A stretch of 63,940 nucleotides of DNA, the filler included, from Folioceros fuciformis (lineage: Eukaryota), in NCBI GenBank assembly GCA_049999805.1. It is 11 parts of 11 records of this genome, joined end to end, with 100 filler letters (N's around TTAATTAATTAA, not from the genome) between each part and the next. Parts side by side here need not be neighbours in the genome. Positions count along the whole stretch, not along the records: positions 1 to 7,003 come from JBNGIO010003301.1; positions 7,104 to 11,657 come from JBNGIO010003303.1; positions 11,758 to 32,702 come from JBNGIO010003304.1; 8 more parts are not named here. One strand, written 5' to 3'. The notes under the pieces are model-generated. The model did not search any database and was not told the DNA's origin. It saw only the letters and a program-made list of their open reading frames with translations. This document shows, piece by piece, positions 1-12,599 of this stretch (position 1 is the first letter of the stretch; every line of letters begins with the position of its first letter). Both the position numbers and the translations under genes were made by a program.

Positions 1-355
1 GCGCCACGCTGCCCGTGGGGGCGCCTACCATGACGCCAGGCTGTCTGGGGGGGTGCCTGTCCGAGCGTCAGGCCGCCCAGGTGACAGCCAGGGCGCCGGC
101 CAGGTGGTGCGGGCGCCACACGGCCGCCGATCAAGCCACATAGGCGCCCGCCTAACGTGGGCGCTGGCCAGGCCGCCCGGGCGCTAGCCGGACGCGCCAG
201 CAAGGCACGGGAGCGCCAGCAAGGCATGGGCGCCCGCCAGCTGAGCGTGGGCCTCGCCGGATCGCTGGGTGCAAGCCCCACTAGATCACAGGGCGCAACT
301 GGACACGAGCGTCGTGGACGCTAGCCGATAAAGTTGCTAGGAGTGAAACCCGTTA

Positions 356-2490
356 GCATGACTCAAGATGAGAGTGGCAGGATCTAGATGAGCTTGCTAG
401 GTCTACCATCATGCTGACATTGTTGAAGTCGGTCTACTTCAACGTGAAAGACAAGACCACAAGTACGAGCTGTGGCAAAAGTTGTGTGACCTGTATGAGA
501 AGCAAAGTGCGGCTTCTAAGGTGTACTGGTAGAAACAGCTAGTGGGATTGAAGATGAAGAAAGGGACGAGGATGTCCGATCATCTGAATGAGTTCAATAC
601 CATTTTCAGCCAACTCTCATCTCAAGGTATCTTGTTCCCAGATTTCGTGAGAACTATGTTTCTGTTGGTCACATTACCAGAGAGTTGGGACACTTTTCGT
701 ACAACTCTGAGTAATTCCGCTCCTGCCAGTGGTCTTATCATTGTAAACGTAGAAGGTAGCCTATTAATAGAGGAGGTGAACAGGAAGAATATGGAACCTT
801 CGAAAGGTTCCAATGCCCTCATGGTGAGAGGAAGGTCCACTTCAAAGGGGAAGTACAAAGAGCAAAGTCTTTCCCGTAGCAAATCTTGTAGTCGTAACCA
901 TGTTGAGTGTTACCATTGTCACAAGAAGGGTCACATCAGAAGGGACTGCGAGAAGTTCAAGAAGGACAAAGGCAAGGAGAAAAAGCAGAGCAACAACAAG
1001 GCAAGTCCGAATATCAAGCGTGATGAGGTGAACTCTGTTGATGATGGAGATGTTCTTATCTCTTCTTCGTTCGATTCTGCACAACTGATAGCCGTGGAGA
1101 GTCACTTATTCTCTAATTGGATAATTGACTCTGGAGCATCTTTCCATGTTACTTTGCATAGGGAGTGGTTTAGCACCTATGATGCCACTAGGAAAGGATG
1201 TGTTCGGCTTGGAAATAACTACGCATGCGAGATTGTAGGCGTTGGTGATGTGCAGCTGAAGTTTGACAACGGATCTTCATTCGTACTGAAGGATGTTAGG
1301 CATGTTCCGAAGTTGACAAAAAGCGTGATTAGCGCAGGGCAGTTGGATGACGTTGGCTACCACTGTTGGTTTGGAGATCATTGTTGGAAGATCTCTAAAG
1401 GTTCTCTTGTGTTAGCTCATGGATCGAAGTGTGGCACTTTGTACTCACTCCAGGTAACCACTATCAAGGATCATGTGATTTGTGTAACGGAACAACCAAG
1501 TGTTTCCTTGTGGCATTGTCGGTTAGGACATATGTCTCAAAAAGGAATGAAGATCTTATCTCATTTAGGTTACGTCCCTGCTTTTGACTTCTCTGATTTC
1601 TCCGTGTGTGAGCATTGTTTGTATGGGAAACAGACGAAGTCACCACATGGAGCAAGAGGTAAACACAAAAGTAAACCTTTTGAATTGGTTCACAATGACG
1701 TTTGTGGACCTATGCCCACTGTATCGTTAGGCGGTGCATCCTATTTTGTCACTTTCATTGATGATTTCTCACGCAAGGTGTGCGTTTATCCTTAGAGGAA
1801 AAAGAATGATGTTCTGATAGTGTTTCAGAAATTCGTCACCCTTCTGGAGAATCAGTCTGGCCTCCGACTGAAGTGTCTAAGGACAGACAATGGGGGAGAG
1901 TACTGTGTGTACTGTAGTAATGTGGCTTGCTCGTTTAGTGGGAGATTTTGGGATCAAGGTTGAGGTGCCAATGTTGCATTGTGATAGCCAGAGTGCTATC
2001 CAATTGGCGAAGAATCTAGTGTTTCATGCGAAGACCAAACATCTGGAAGTGAAGTATCACTTCATTCGAGAGGTGTTGGAAGACAAGAGGGTACAGCTTG
2101 TCAAAGTTCACACTAGTCAGAACCCCGTAGATGTTCTTACCAAGGGGCTCTCTACGGAGCCATTCGCACAAGCTCGGACACTCATGGGCATGACATAGAT
2201 CACTCTCCTATGAAGGTAAATTGGCCTTTAAGTGGGAGGTTGTTGGGTTATTAAAGCCCAATGTGCCTAGACTAATGTGTTTAGTCTACGATTAGTGTCT
2301 AGTTAAATATCATTAGTTTAGATTAGCTTAAGCTAATCTATAGGAAGCTTCTTGCGCAGCTTCCTAGGGAGCCCTTTTAGAGGATGTATAATCCCCCTTG
2401 AGCTCCCTTGCAATGTGAGACTCTATGTGTGAGAGTGTGACCTCTCTTTCTCCTCTCCTCCTTGCTTCCTCATCTCCTCCTTCACCATGT
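356..2490 (+). mobile_element. Ty1/copia element, internally deleted (gag-PR-INT joined directly to RNase H), with PPT and partial 3' LTR
   Basis: ORF 542-1795 has the zinc knuckle CYHCHKKGHIRRDC, protease DSGAS, WH.RLGH and integrase FIDDFSR. RTDNGGEY near 1881-1903 runs straight into RNase H (CDSQSAI..FHAKTKH, ending 2198). PPT agtgggagg at 2231, LTR TGTTGGG from 2241. Confidence 0.88.
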
Positions 2491-2494
2491 GGCT

Positions 2495-3085
2495 CCTATA
2501 GCGATCCTTCAAAATGAGTTTGACAGCCACCCATTGAACCTTTCCAAGGTTTTGAAGGAACTGAGACACCACACTAATATTGTGGCTAATGCCAAGTCTA
2601 GTCCAATTAGCAACAAAGATCAAGCAGCCAAATGCTTTAGCATAAGGGACGGAAGACATGCATTGCTCTTCGTCAAAAGATTGAGGACACAATTCTGAGG
2701 CCAACTTTTCTCCCACAGCTGAAGGAGTGGCCACAGGCTTAGCATCATCTAGGTGAAAGCACTTAAGGATTTCTTTGAGGTATTTTGTCTGGTGCAGAAA
2801 GATCATGCCATGCTTTTTGTCACGTAGGATGTGAATTCCAGCACAAATTGCAACTCACCCTGGTTTGTCATTTGAACTCTGAACGTGGCAAATCCTTAAC
2901 CCGACCTAGCTTGTGCATACTGCTGCTGAACAAAATCACATCATCCACATATAGTGCCAAGACCACACATAGGTCACCTTCAGCAAGGTAAAAAACATTG
3001 GTATCTGCTGGTGATAGAAGAAATCTAGCCTTCTTGAGGAATTGCATGATACACTTATAACACACACGTGGGCTTTGTTTAGCTA
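2495..3085 (-). mobile_element. Copia reverse transcriptase fragment
   Basis: KQSPR..., LALYVDDVIL, Q.KY..ILK.F....KP..TP and VPY...GCL....TR motifs in ORFs 2868-3119 and 2423-2806. Confidence 0.85.
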
Positions 3086-5759
3086 TGCATATGTTGGTTT
3101 CAGGTCTTGACGAAACCACCCTCCATCACACCGACAATGCAACCACCGCCGCTGAAGCTTGGAAGCAAATTAATGACATTTATCAATGCACAAATGTCAT
3201 GACACTTGTCACTGTTTGCCAAGAGTTCTACACTCTTTGCTTGCAACCAGGTGACAGTATCACCCAACATGTGAGCTAGTTCAGATACCTTCAGGCTCAA
3301 TTGGCTTCACTTGGGACTACAATGTCCGAGTTTGATGTTGCTGTCTAGATTCTAGCTAGGTTGCCGACTAGATATCAATCGTTTGTTTCTTCACAAAACC
3401 AGTCGGTCCAGACTTCTCAATGAGAAGTGACAGCTGGCGATCAGTCCACCTTGACTGTGTCCGAGCTTGCTGGTGCACTCCTCTAGGAGGAGGCCTCCCG
3501 CTACAACTTCGGCACATCTAAACACAGTGGCGACCGAGTGATGTTTATGGCTCGTGGTCGGTCCTAGCATCAGCAACAAAGGAGAGGGAACAACTGTAGG
3601 AGATCAGTAACCTCCAGCCCTTCTTAGCCTGCTCCTTTTGCCCCTTCCAGCTCCAAACCTCCTAAGCGTCAAGGGGTGTGTAATTGGAGTCAGACACATG
3701 ACCACTGAGAACAAGAGTGCAGGAAGAAGCAAGCTGGTGAGGTCAAGAGGGAGCTTAAGACAGCAAATACAGCTGTTGCCCCAAGGCCAAGAACCAGTCC
3801 AAGGCTGAAGTTGCTTTGACATTGTGCTTGGTTGCTGCGGAACTCCGGACCTCCTGGTTGCTAGATTCCGCAGCCACTACTCATATCTGCAGCTACAAGC
3901 ACATGTTTACATCTTACACGGTGACAATTAATACTCCTCGTTCTGTGTTGCTAGGCGATGACTCTGGCCTAGCCATTGCTGGGGTTGGTTCCATGACTTC
4001 CACTTTAGAGGATCACTCCTCCTTGGTACTAACTAATGTGCTTCACGTCCCGTAGATGGGTAAGAATTTGATTTCAGTTTGCCAACTTCTCCTTGACGGA
4101 ACTTTTTGACTAGAGTTTGGACAAGAGGATTGTCTTCTTTATCGATCCTCTAAGCCAAGGCAAGTTGTCACTAGAGGACAGCCTTGAAGTGATCTCTAAA
4201 TTTTCAGTGGCAACCTTGCGTATTCCAATAGCGCCTTCATTGTGGCTTCTACCAAGTTTGCTTCTCTTAGAGGGCGCCCTCTATCTGGGAATGCCCTCCA
4301 ATGGCACTGTTAACTCGGGCATCTGAATCCTGCCAAGCTCCTTGCCATGTCCTAGCAGGAATTTGTATCACGACAAAGCTGTCCTCCTTGGGCAAGGCAC
4401 CATCTTTTTGTGAAGCTTGTGTACTTGCCAAGCAACAGAGCTCTCCTTACCCTAGTCTTCCTGCTCATCGAGCTTCTCAGCCCTTGTAGTTAGTTCACGT
4501 TGACTTGTGTGGACCACTTCCTGTCACCTCTTTAGGTGGAGGCCGTCATTTTATGACCATAGTGGATGATTAGTCTTGTTACTCCTTTGCGTATCCGCTT
4601 CCTCTTAAGAGTGATTCTTTTGCTATGTTCCTACCTTTTGTTTCAATGGCCGAGTTGCACACTGGTTGCAAGTTGCGGTGCAATTGCACATATAATGCGG
4701 GGGAACTCAACAACCTTCAAGAAGCCTTCTATGAAGAGCATGGGATCTTGCGACAGTTTTTGGTTCCCTACACTTCTACTCATAATGGCATTGCGGAGAA
4801 GGCTAATGGCAATCTCATGGCCATGGCTCGGGCTACGTTAGCCTAGTCTCGCGTGCCTAAGTCATTTTGGGCTGAGGTCGTTTCTACTACCACCTACATC
4901 AAGAATCGACTCCTCACCAAGGAAGTTATTGGGCGTACTCCTTTCGAGTACTGGTATGGCTACAAGCCCTTGATCACACACTTGCGGGTCTTTGGCTCTC
5001 CTACCTATGCCTACGTCCACTCCCCGCTTTGCAACAAGCTTTCTTCATGGCTAGGAAGCTCGTGTTTGTGGGTTATGGGGAGGACCATAAGGCCTACAAG
5101 TTAACTGATATCCACTCGAAGACTCTAGTGTATGCCTGAACTGTTACCTTTGATGAAGCCAGTATTCTCTCCTCTTGTCCCCACTTGGCGGAGGATGAGG
5201 ACGACGGCTCTCTCCCTAGTAGTCCCCACTCATTTGATGTCACAGATATCTCTTTTGAACTTCATCCATCCTCTTTTTCTGTTGGTCCTGCACTTGTCCT
5301 TGCCATGGGTCCTTCACCTTAAGCAGTTCCGGACTCTCCATTTCATGCTCGATGGGGGGAGGCTGAACGGCCCATGGGTGTCGATCAACGACAATTGTTG
5401 ATTAAACTGGAATCCATCCATGATGTACCAACACCATATATTCCCTCACCGCCACAGTCACCTCAAAGATTTGATGCTAATGTTCCTAAGCAAAGGTACC
5501 CTTCACGTTTAAGAAAACCACGACATCTTTGGAGTGAGAAGCCTTTTGATTTAGAGTTCAATCAAGCTGGCTATACTGGTCTAGATCCTTCTTTCTATTC
5601 CTTTGCTCTGGGTTCTGTTGTCGTAGAGGGAGATCTGCTCACACTTAGAGAAGCATATGCTAGGCCTGATGCTAACAAGTGGAAATTAGCAGTTGACGAC
5701 GAGTATGATTCTCTAGTCAAGAATAACACTTGGGCGCTAGTTGATCTACCCCTATGCAG
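3086..5759 (+). mobile_element. Degenerate copia gag-PR-INT up to the start of RT, interrupted by an LTR
   Basis: WLLDSAATTHIC (protease), CEACVLAKQ, VPYT..HNGIAE, FWAE..T..YI.NR, W..A..DEYDSL..NNTWALVDLP, with many stops. Confidence 0.85.
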
Positions 5760-6037
5760 TGATGAAAATCTAGCCTTGCTCTTAAATGCAAATCCCAGAA
5801 TGTAATTGAATTATAATGAAGTAAAGTACAAACCTTTATATAGGCTAGGTGGTTGAGGTGGTTGGGCGGTTACAACTATAAGTAGTTGTAACCAAAAATG
5901 GTTGTAACCATAAGTACTTGTAACCGTAAGTGGTTGCAACTACTAACTACCTAGAATAACTACTAAGTAACTGCATTATATGGTAGCATCTAAAATGGCC
6001 CTAATGAATAGTGCCCTATACTACCTATATTTTATCA
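5760..6037 (-). mobile_element. LTR (278 bp) of a minus-strand element, with adjacent PPT
   Basis: Inverted termini TGATGAAAAT...ATTTTATCA. ctcccactc at 6038 is a PPT (gagtgggag) on the minus strand. It interrupts the copia RT. Confidence 0.7.
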
Positions 6038-7003
6038 CTCCCACTCACTATGAATGTAGGGGTGAAAAATAGCTTCAAAATGAGTCTACTTAGGCTAATA
6101 GACTCCTACTAGATCAAAAGATATTAGCTTAAAACTTGAGCTAGTTGAAAAATAACTTAACTCCAAGGAACCTGGAAAGAAATATATTCAAATCCTTGCA
6201 AATAAATTATGTGTGATATACTGGGATGGGGCCGGTGTGCAGAGCTCCATCAAAACTTTGCCATTAAGTACTCCACCCTCGAATCAGTACCGGGAAGGGG
6301 GGCCTGATGCAAAGCTCTCCTCTTTTGAAATCAATATTTAAAGTGGATGGTTAAGCTGCCTGCTCTTGGATCAGCACCGGGATGGGGGGCCTGTGAATGG
6401 ACCCCCCCCATTAAAAATAAATAAGACGTGGCCCGAAAAGTCCAAAGGGATAAGCCCAAAGCGGGCTGATCCACAGCATGTGTCGGCTGGGGCCACCTGA
6501 TTTGCGGCCATAGGGGGCCGGTACGGCCGTTGGCCGGCCGCACCATGCTGCCGCGCATGAGCTGCGGCCTACGGGGAGAAGTCGTCATTTACTATGCTCT
6601 CTCCTCATCTCGAGGCTCATTTCTTACTCCCTGCGGTGCGCCTCATGGCGCTCCTGTTTTCCACTACGCCGCGTCTTCCGCTGCACCTCGCTTCACCCAT
6701 TGCGCCACGCTCCTAGGGAATAGCCGCGCAATCTGATTTGTTGTGCTCACCGACAGAGACCCTTGCCGCGACGCCTGACGGCAGCTGTCGGGCTGCCAAC
6801 GGGGATGAGGTCGCAATTTGTTGAGGACCACAATCGCCGGCCTCAGAATACTAATTAATGTCTCTGTTGTAATATGTGCAAAATTGCCATCCTGCCAAGT
6901 TGAGGCTATGGTTGTGGCTGTGGTTTCATAAAATCTTGGTGTATTTTTGTAGATGGGAGGCACATTTGTGCACAATGGCATGTCTAAAGGGTGAGTGGCC
7001 GCC

Positions 7004-7103
7004 NNNNNNNNNNNNNNNNNNNNNNNNNNNNNNNNNNNNNNNNNNNNTTAATTAATTAANNNNNNNNNNNNNNNNNNNNNNNNNNNNNNNNNNNNNNNNN
7101 NNN
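7004..7103. other. Artificial 100-bp contig linker (first of ten)
   Basis: 44 N + TTAATTAATTAA (stops in six frames) + 44 N. Identical copies start at 11658, 32703, 40224, 42764, 49119, 51354, 55747, 59341 and 62683. Confidence 0.97.
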
Positions 7104-7314
7104 ACCTTGTGCAAGTTAGTGAAGCTTGGCGGTGCAAGTTAGTGAAGCTTTTGTTGTAAGACTGACCTTGTGCAAGTTAGTGAAGCTTGGCGGTGCAAGT
7201 TAGTGAAGCTTTTGTTGTAAGACTAACCTTGTGCAAGTTAGTGAAGCTTGGTGGTGCAAGTTAGTGAAGCTTTTGTTGTAAGATTGACCTTGTGCAAGTT
7301 AGTTAAGCTTGGCG
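7104..7314. repeat. 61-bp tandem repeat, about 3.5 copies
   Basis: Units start at 7104, 7165, 7226 and 7287. Each holds two gtgcaagttagtgaagctt sub-repeats. Truncated by the linker. Confidence 0.9.
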
Positions 7315-7391
7315 ATAGTGCAAGGAAGACATCTTATTCGGCCCCAAAGAAAGTCATTTGAATACATCCTATTCGGCCCCAAAGGACAGGA

Positions 7392-10300
7392 GTGTGGAAG
7401 TTCGCTGACAAGGGTCTCGATGTTGCACCCACAGAAAAAGACCTTGACAAAGATGGACGAGCGCTGGCAACAATCCTGTTGAATGTCTCAGATGAGGTTC
7501 TCTCTCAATTAAGCGAATGCGCAACGTCACAAGAAGCTTGGAGCTTGGATCACCCTCTACAATACATACGAAAAGAAAAATATGGTAAGTTCAATGCTAT
7601 TGGAACAACAACTTGTGAACTTCACGATGGCAACAGGCGACACCATCCAGCAACATGTCAACAAATTAAAGACCTTAGTGGACCAAATGAAGGCGATGGA
7701 CATCAAACCGGCCGACGAAAGGATCCTCGTGGTGTTATTGTGTAGCTTACCATCAACCGATAAGCCATTTGTGTCGGCCTTCAGGACAACGGTCGGGATG
7801 CGTTCAAGCGACAAACCGCCATTGTTGGATGAGGTGGTCGGATTGCTTTTGCAGGAAGAATTGGAGTTTTCAAACAAGAAAGAGCAGACTGATAACGCCG
7901 TCCATTTCGCCAAGAAAGGCAAAGCAAAGGTGATTTTCAAGTCTAAGGACGAGTCCAAGTCCAAGTATACAGACGAGATGAACAAGGATAGTACGAGCCG
8001 TACAATGAAAGGATCTTGCTATTATTGTAGGAAGCCAGGTCATCATGCCAACAAATGTAAAACCAGGTTGGCAGACGAGTCAAAGAAGGAGAAATCCTCT
8101 CAAGCCAATCAAGTGAGTAAGCAACCTCAACAGGAACAATCTTTCGTGGCTAGCGATGAAGCTACTTCATCGACGAAGGATGAGAGTCTTTATCTTGACT
8201 TTGGTGCATCTTAGCACTTCAGTTACAACCTTCCAGGGTTCATTGGCTACACTAGACTCCCGAAGGGCCACATAGGGCACTCGGTGACAATACGTCACAT
8301 GATATCAAGGGGAAAGGAGTCTTACACGTTTAGTTGCAGGGCGGTAACCCTGCACATATTGAGAATGTGCATCATGTACCTAATCTCACGAGGAATCTTC
8401 TTTCTATTGCGCAGATTGCAAATGCAGGTCATGAAATAATCTTCACTTCCGTAGGCTGTCGCAATCAACCTGTACAGCCTGAGCCGTCACATGTGGTTGC
8501 TCGCGATGTTCGTGTGGGAAATCTGTACAAACTTTGTGCTTCAATCAGAAAGCAAGCTTGTACGTTCCTGGCAGTTCACACAACCACATTGGGTCTATTG
8601 ATTTCTGGCATCAGCGTTTGGGCCACATCGGAGTGGACAAACTCAAGCTGATGATGACTCATGACATGGTGACAGGATTGGATTTGACGGAGATTACTGC
8701 AACACAGTTGTGTCCAAGATGTCAGATGGGGAAGCTAAATCGCACAAAGTTTCCTAAAGCTGCGACACATCGTGCGGAGAAGGCGCTGGAATTAGTCCAC
8801 ACTAATGTGAGCGGGCCCATGTGGAACCCTACCCAGGGTGGGAATCGCTACATGCTCATCTTTGTCGATGACAGCAACCTATGTGTTGAACAAAGTTCCG
8901 ACAAAGGCCGTACCCAGTATGACACCAGAGGAAGCTTGGTCTGGTATAAAACCTGATATCCGACATTTGAGGGTTTTCAGTTCCGTGGTCTACGCTCGTA
9001 CACGGAAGACATGGACTTACCTTTTGAAAGAGAAACCTCAGGTGTTCCAGACTTTTAAGGAGTGGAAGACTCTGGTTGAGACCGAACGTGGTGAACGCCT
9101 TAAGATGCTTTAGAGAAACAATGGAGGAGAATATGTTTCTTCTCAGTTCCAAAGCTTTTGTAAGGAGAACGGCATCAAACGGCAACTCACGATTCCACAC
9201 ACCCTGCAGCAAAATGCAGTCGCGGACCGGAAGATACGGAGCCTTGTGGAAGTAGCCAAGTGCATGTTGTTTCATAGCGGCTTGCTGGTCAACTTTTGGG
9301 GCAATCTTACTACGTTGAAGGTCTTTTTTAGTAGGGATGTTGTTTTTCAGGAAGCTGTCGAGATACTGCCTAGCGTGTGCCCTTTCAGATGTTCAATCTG
9401 CCGAGGACAGCGGTGTGCCTTCTCCAACTAGTTGTCACCTTGACCCGCTTGATCCGACTCTTCTAACCCTTGTGACATAAGGGAGGAAGGGGGAGACACT
9501 CCTAATGTCCCTATGGTTGAAGACGTTGTTGGAGCCTTACCCCAAGCCGCAGATGTAGATTGCGACATGTAGATTGGGGCAGTAGTGAAACTTCCGATGT
9601 TTCTGAAGAAGTAGCAGACTATCTTGTTATAGCACCGCAACTCGAATTACATAGATCCACCAGAATGTGTAAGCCTTCTCAGAGGCTTATCAACTCTATC
9701 AATGGATGTGAGGAGGCGTGTTTTGCACATGTTGGAGAACCCCACAGCCTGAAGGAGGCATTTGAAGGCCCAAAGGCAAAAGAATGGAGAGCAGTTGTGG
9801 ACAGTGAATACAACTCGCTCATCGCCAACAAAACGTGGATTATTACTCCCCTAACTCCTAGAAGAAAATTCATAGGATCAAGGTGGACTTTCAAGATGAA
9901 GCGAAAGGCTGACGGCAACATAGAGCGCTACAAGGCGAGGCTAGTAGGGAAAGGGTATACGCAGATTCCAGGCGTGGATTATACCGATACCTTCTCACCT
10001 GTTGCAAAGATAGCCTCTATCTGAGTGCTCCTTGCTATCGCCGCTGCCTTGGATATGGAGGTACATCATATAGATGTCCAAACTACCTTTTTGAATGGGG
10101 ATCCGAACGAGGAGATCTACGTGGAGCAACCCGAGGGCTATATGGTACTTGGACGTGAGGGCGAGGTATGTAAGTTACAAAAGACAATTTATGGTCTTAA
10201 GCAATCCGCCCTTACTTGGTATCGTAAAATTGATGATCATTTCCAGTCTAGAGGTTTCAAGAAGACTAATGCAGATTGGAATATTTATGTGAAGCAAGTG

Positions 10301-11657
10301 GGAGGTTTTGTTATTATCATTGCTGTGTATGTGCATGATTTAGTCATTGTCAGCGATGATCAGGAGCTTCTGGCCTATGCAAAGCGAGGGCTCAACGAAA
10401 GCTTTGTTGTACGAGACCTTGGGGAGCTACACCATTTTCTAGGTATAAAGGTTGACAGAGATAGGACCAATAGAGCAATCTCTCTAAGTCAGCAGACATA
10501 CGTGCAGACTAGAACAATTTGGGATGCTAGATTGCAAACTGACGCAGACGCCAATGATCCGCAATGAGAAGTTATCACTAGTGGCGGATCCCAATGTGAA
10601 GGAACAGGTAGATAAGCATCTCTACCACTGTGTTGTTGGTTGCCTTACTTATTTGGCGACAAGCACTAGGCCTGACATTGCAGAGGTAGTGGGAGTTGCG
10701 AGCCAATTCTTGGTCAAACCCTTGCCACAACATTATGAAGCCGTTAAGAGAATACTTAGATAACTGCCGGGCACAAAACATTGGATGTTCACTTATCGAA
10801 AGAAGGAGGACGAAGAAGCCAATATTGTGGGATTTTGCGACGCAGATTGGGCAGGAGATGTCGATACTTGCAGGTCTACTACAGGGTATGCCTTTGTGCT
10901 ATTTGGGGGAGCCATTTCATGGAGTAGAAGGCGTCAGCCTACAGTGGCATTATCCTCTACAGAGGCTGAGTATATGGCAGCCTCTGCTGCAACCGTGGAA
11001 GCTATATGGCTCAGGCGATTGCTCGAAGAAATGGGGTTCAAGCAGCAAGGTGCAACGCCCATCTTCAACGACAATCAGGGCTGTATTCATCTGGCTAAAA
11101 GTGCTATTTTCCATGCAAGGACTAAGCACATCGAAGTTAAGCATCACTTCATCAGCGAGAAAGTCGAGTCAAAGGAAATAGTTTTAGTTTATTGTCCTAC
11201 ACAGGACATATCCACCGATATTCTTACGAAAGGTTTAGCTATAGAGAAGTATATGAAGTTTAGCAACATGCTAGGGTTAACCGAGTAAGCCATGTATAGG
11301 ATAAGTGATAGATGAGTGGGAGTGTTAAAAACCCATATTGTTTTGAGTTTGTGTGCAGCGCATCTGGGACTATATAAGTAAGCATAGGCTAGAACTTTGT
11401 GTGTGGTGGACTAAAGTTCTTACTTGGGGCATGTTTGGGATACTTTGTTTTAACATATGAATCATCGGCTGCACGGATTGGATTTCAGCCACGCTCTTTG
11501 CGTCATTGTGTGGCTTATCATGTAATGCTACCTTTGCTGCTCTTTGCGTCATTGCGGGGCTTATCATGTAATGCTGCCTTTGCTGCTCTTTGCGTCATTG
11601 TGGGGCTTATCATGTAATGCTGCCTTTGCTGCTCTTTGCGTCATTGTGGGGCTTATC
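7392..11657 (+). mobile_element. Near-complete degenerate Ty1/copia element with partial 3' LTR
   Basis: gag CYYCRKPGHHANKC, PR LDFGAS, INT, RT (YKARLV.KGY, YGLKQS, YVHD) and RNase H (DADWAGD..HARTKHI, ending 11288). PPT gatgagtgggag, then LTR TGTTAA from 11323. Confidence 0.92.
11493..11657. repeat. 46-bp tandem repeat within the LTR, about 3.6 copies
   Basis: gctctttgcgtcattg..ggcttatcatgtaatgct.cctttgct units start at 11493, 11539, 11585 and 11631. Confidence 0.9.
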
Positions 11658-11757
11658 NNNNNNNNNNNNNNNNNNNNNNNNNNNNNNNNNNNNNNNNNNN
11701 NTTAATTAATTAANNNNNNNNNNNNNNNNNNNNNNNNNNNNNNNNNNNNNNNNNNNN

Positions 11758-12415
11758 CCTACAGTGGCTTTGTCTAGTACAGAAGCTGAATACAGAGGCG
11801 CAGCAATGGCAGCGTGTGAAGTGACTTGGATTTGTAAGTTACTCGGAGATTTTGGATTGCAGGTCAATGACAAGGTTGTTATCTACTGTGACAATCTTAG
11901 CAGCATACAGTTGGCGCGAAACCCAGTGTTTCATGCCAGGACAAAACACATTGAAATACATTATCATTTTCTTCGCGAAAGGATTTTATCTGGAGCTATT
12001 GATCTTGTGTATGTCAACACAGACGAGCAGATAGCCGATATATTTACTAAGCCAATGGGAGCAGAGAAGCTGAAGAAATTCCGAGCTATGTTAGGCGTAC
12101 ACATGCTATGTTGAGCTCGAGGGGGAGTGTTGAGTTATCGAGCTCTATATGAGCTAAACTCATGTGGTGTTAGTTATCCCAGTTGGGTTCATACTAGACT
12201 AGTTCTAGTTATTAGTGAACTTAGGATAGTGTAGATTATCCCATATTGAACCTGGAAGTTGTGTAGCCCTACATGTACTACTTAAATGGAGACCTCGGAC
12301 CTCCATAGTAAGACAGTGGTGATGTGTATTGTTTTCATGGTTGTGATCATCAATACCACCCTCTCTTCTCTCCTCTCCTACACTTGCACGTAGACTGGAG
12401 TCGATCCTATTGACA
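11758..12415 (+). mobile_element. Copia 3' end: RNase H, PPT and 3' LTR
   Basis: ALSSTEAEY..CDNLSSI..NPVFHARTKHIE (to 12114); PPT gagggggag; LTR 12128-12415, TGTTGA...TTGACA. Confidence 0.88.
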
Positions 12416-12599
12416 CTTGGTTCTAGTGCCTCATGACCTATCTTCTGCTGAGGATCATGACGAACATGCTCCCCCTGCAACCATCTTCGAAACGCTAAAA
12501 TTCTACAGTTTGACCGACCTTGTGTTGTGACTAAACATGACACACGCTCCAAATATTTATCAAAATAGTCGATTCCCTCTTCAATTTTTTTCTCCAACA

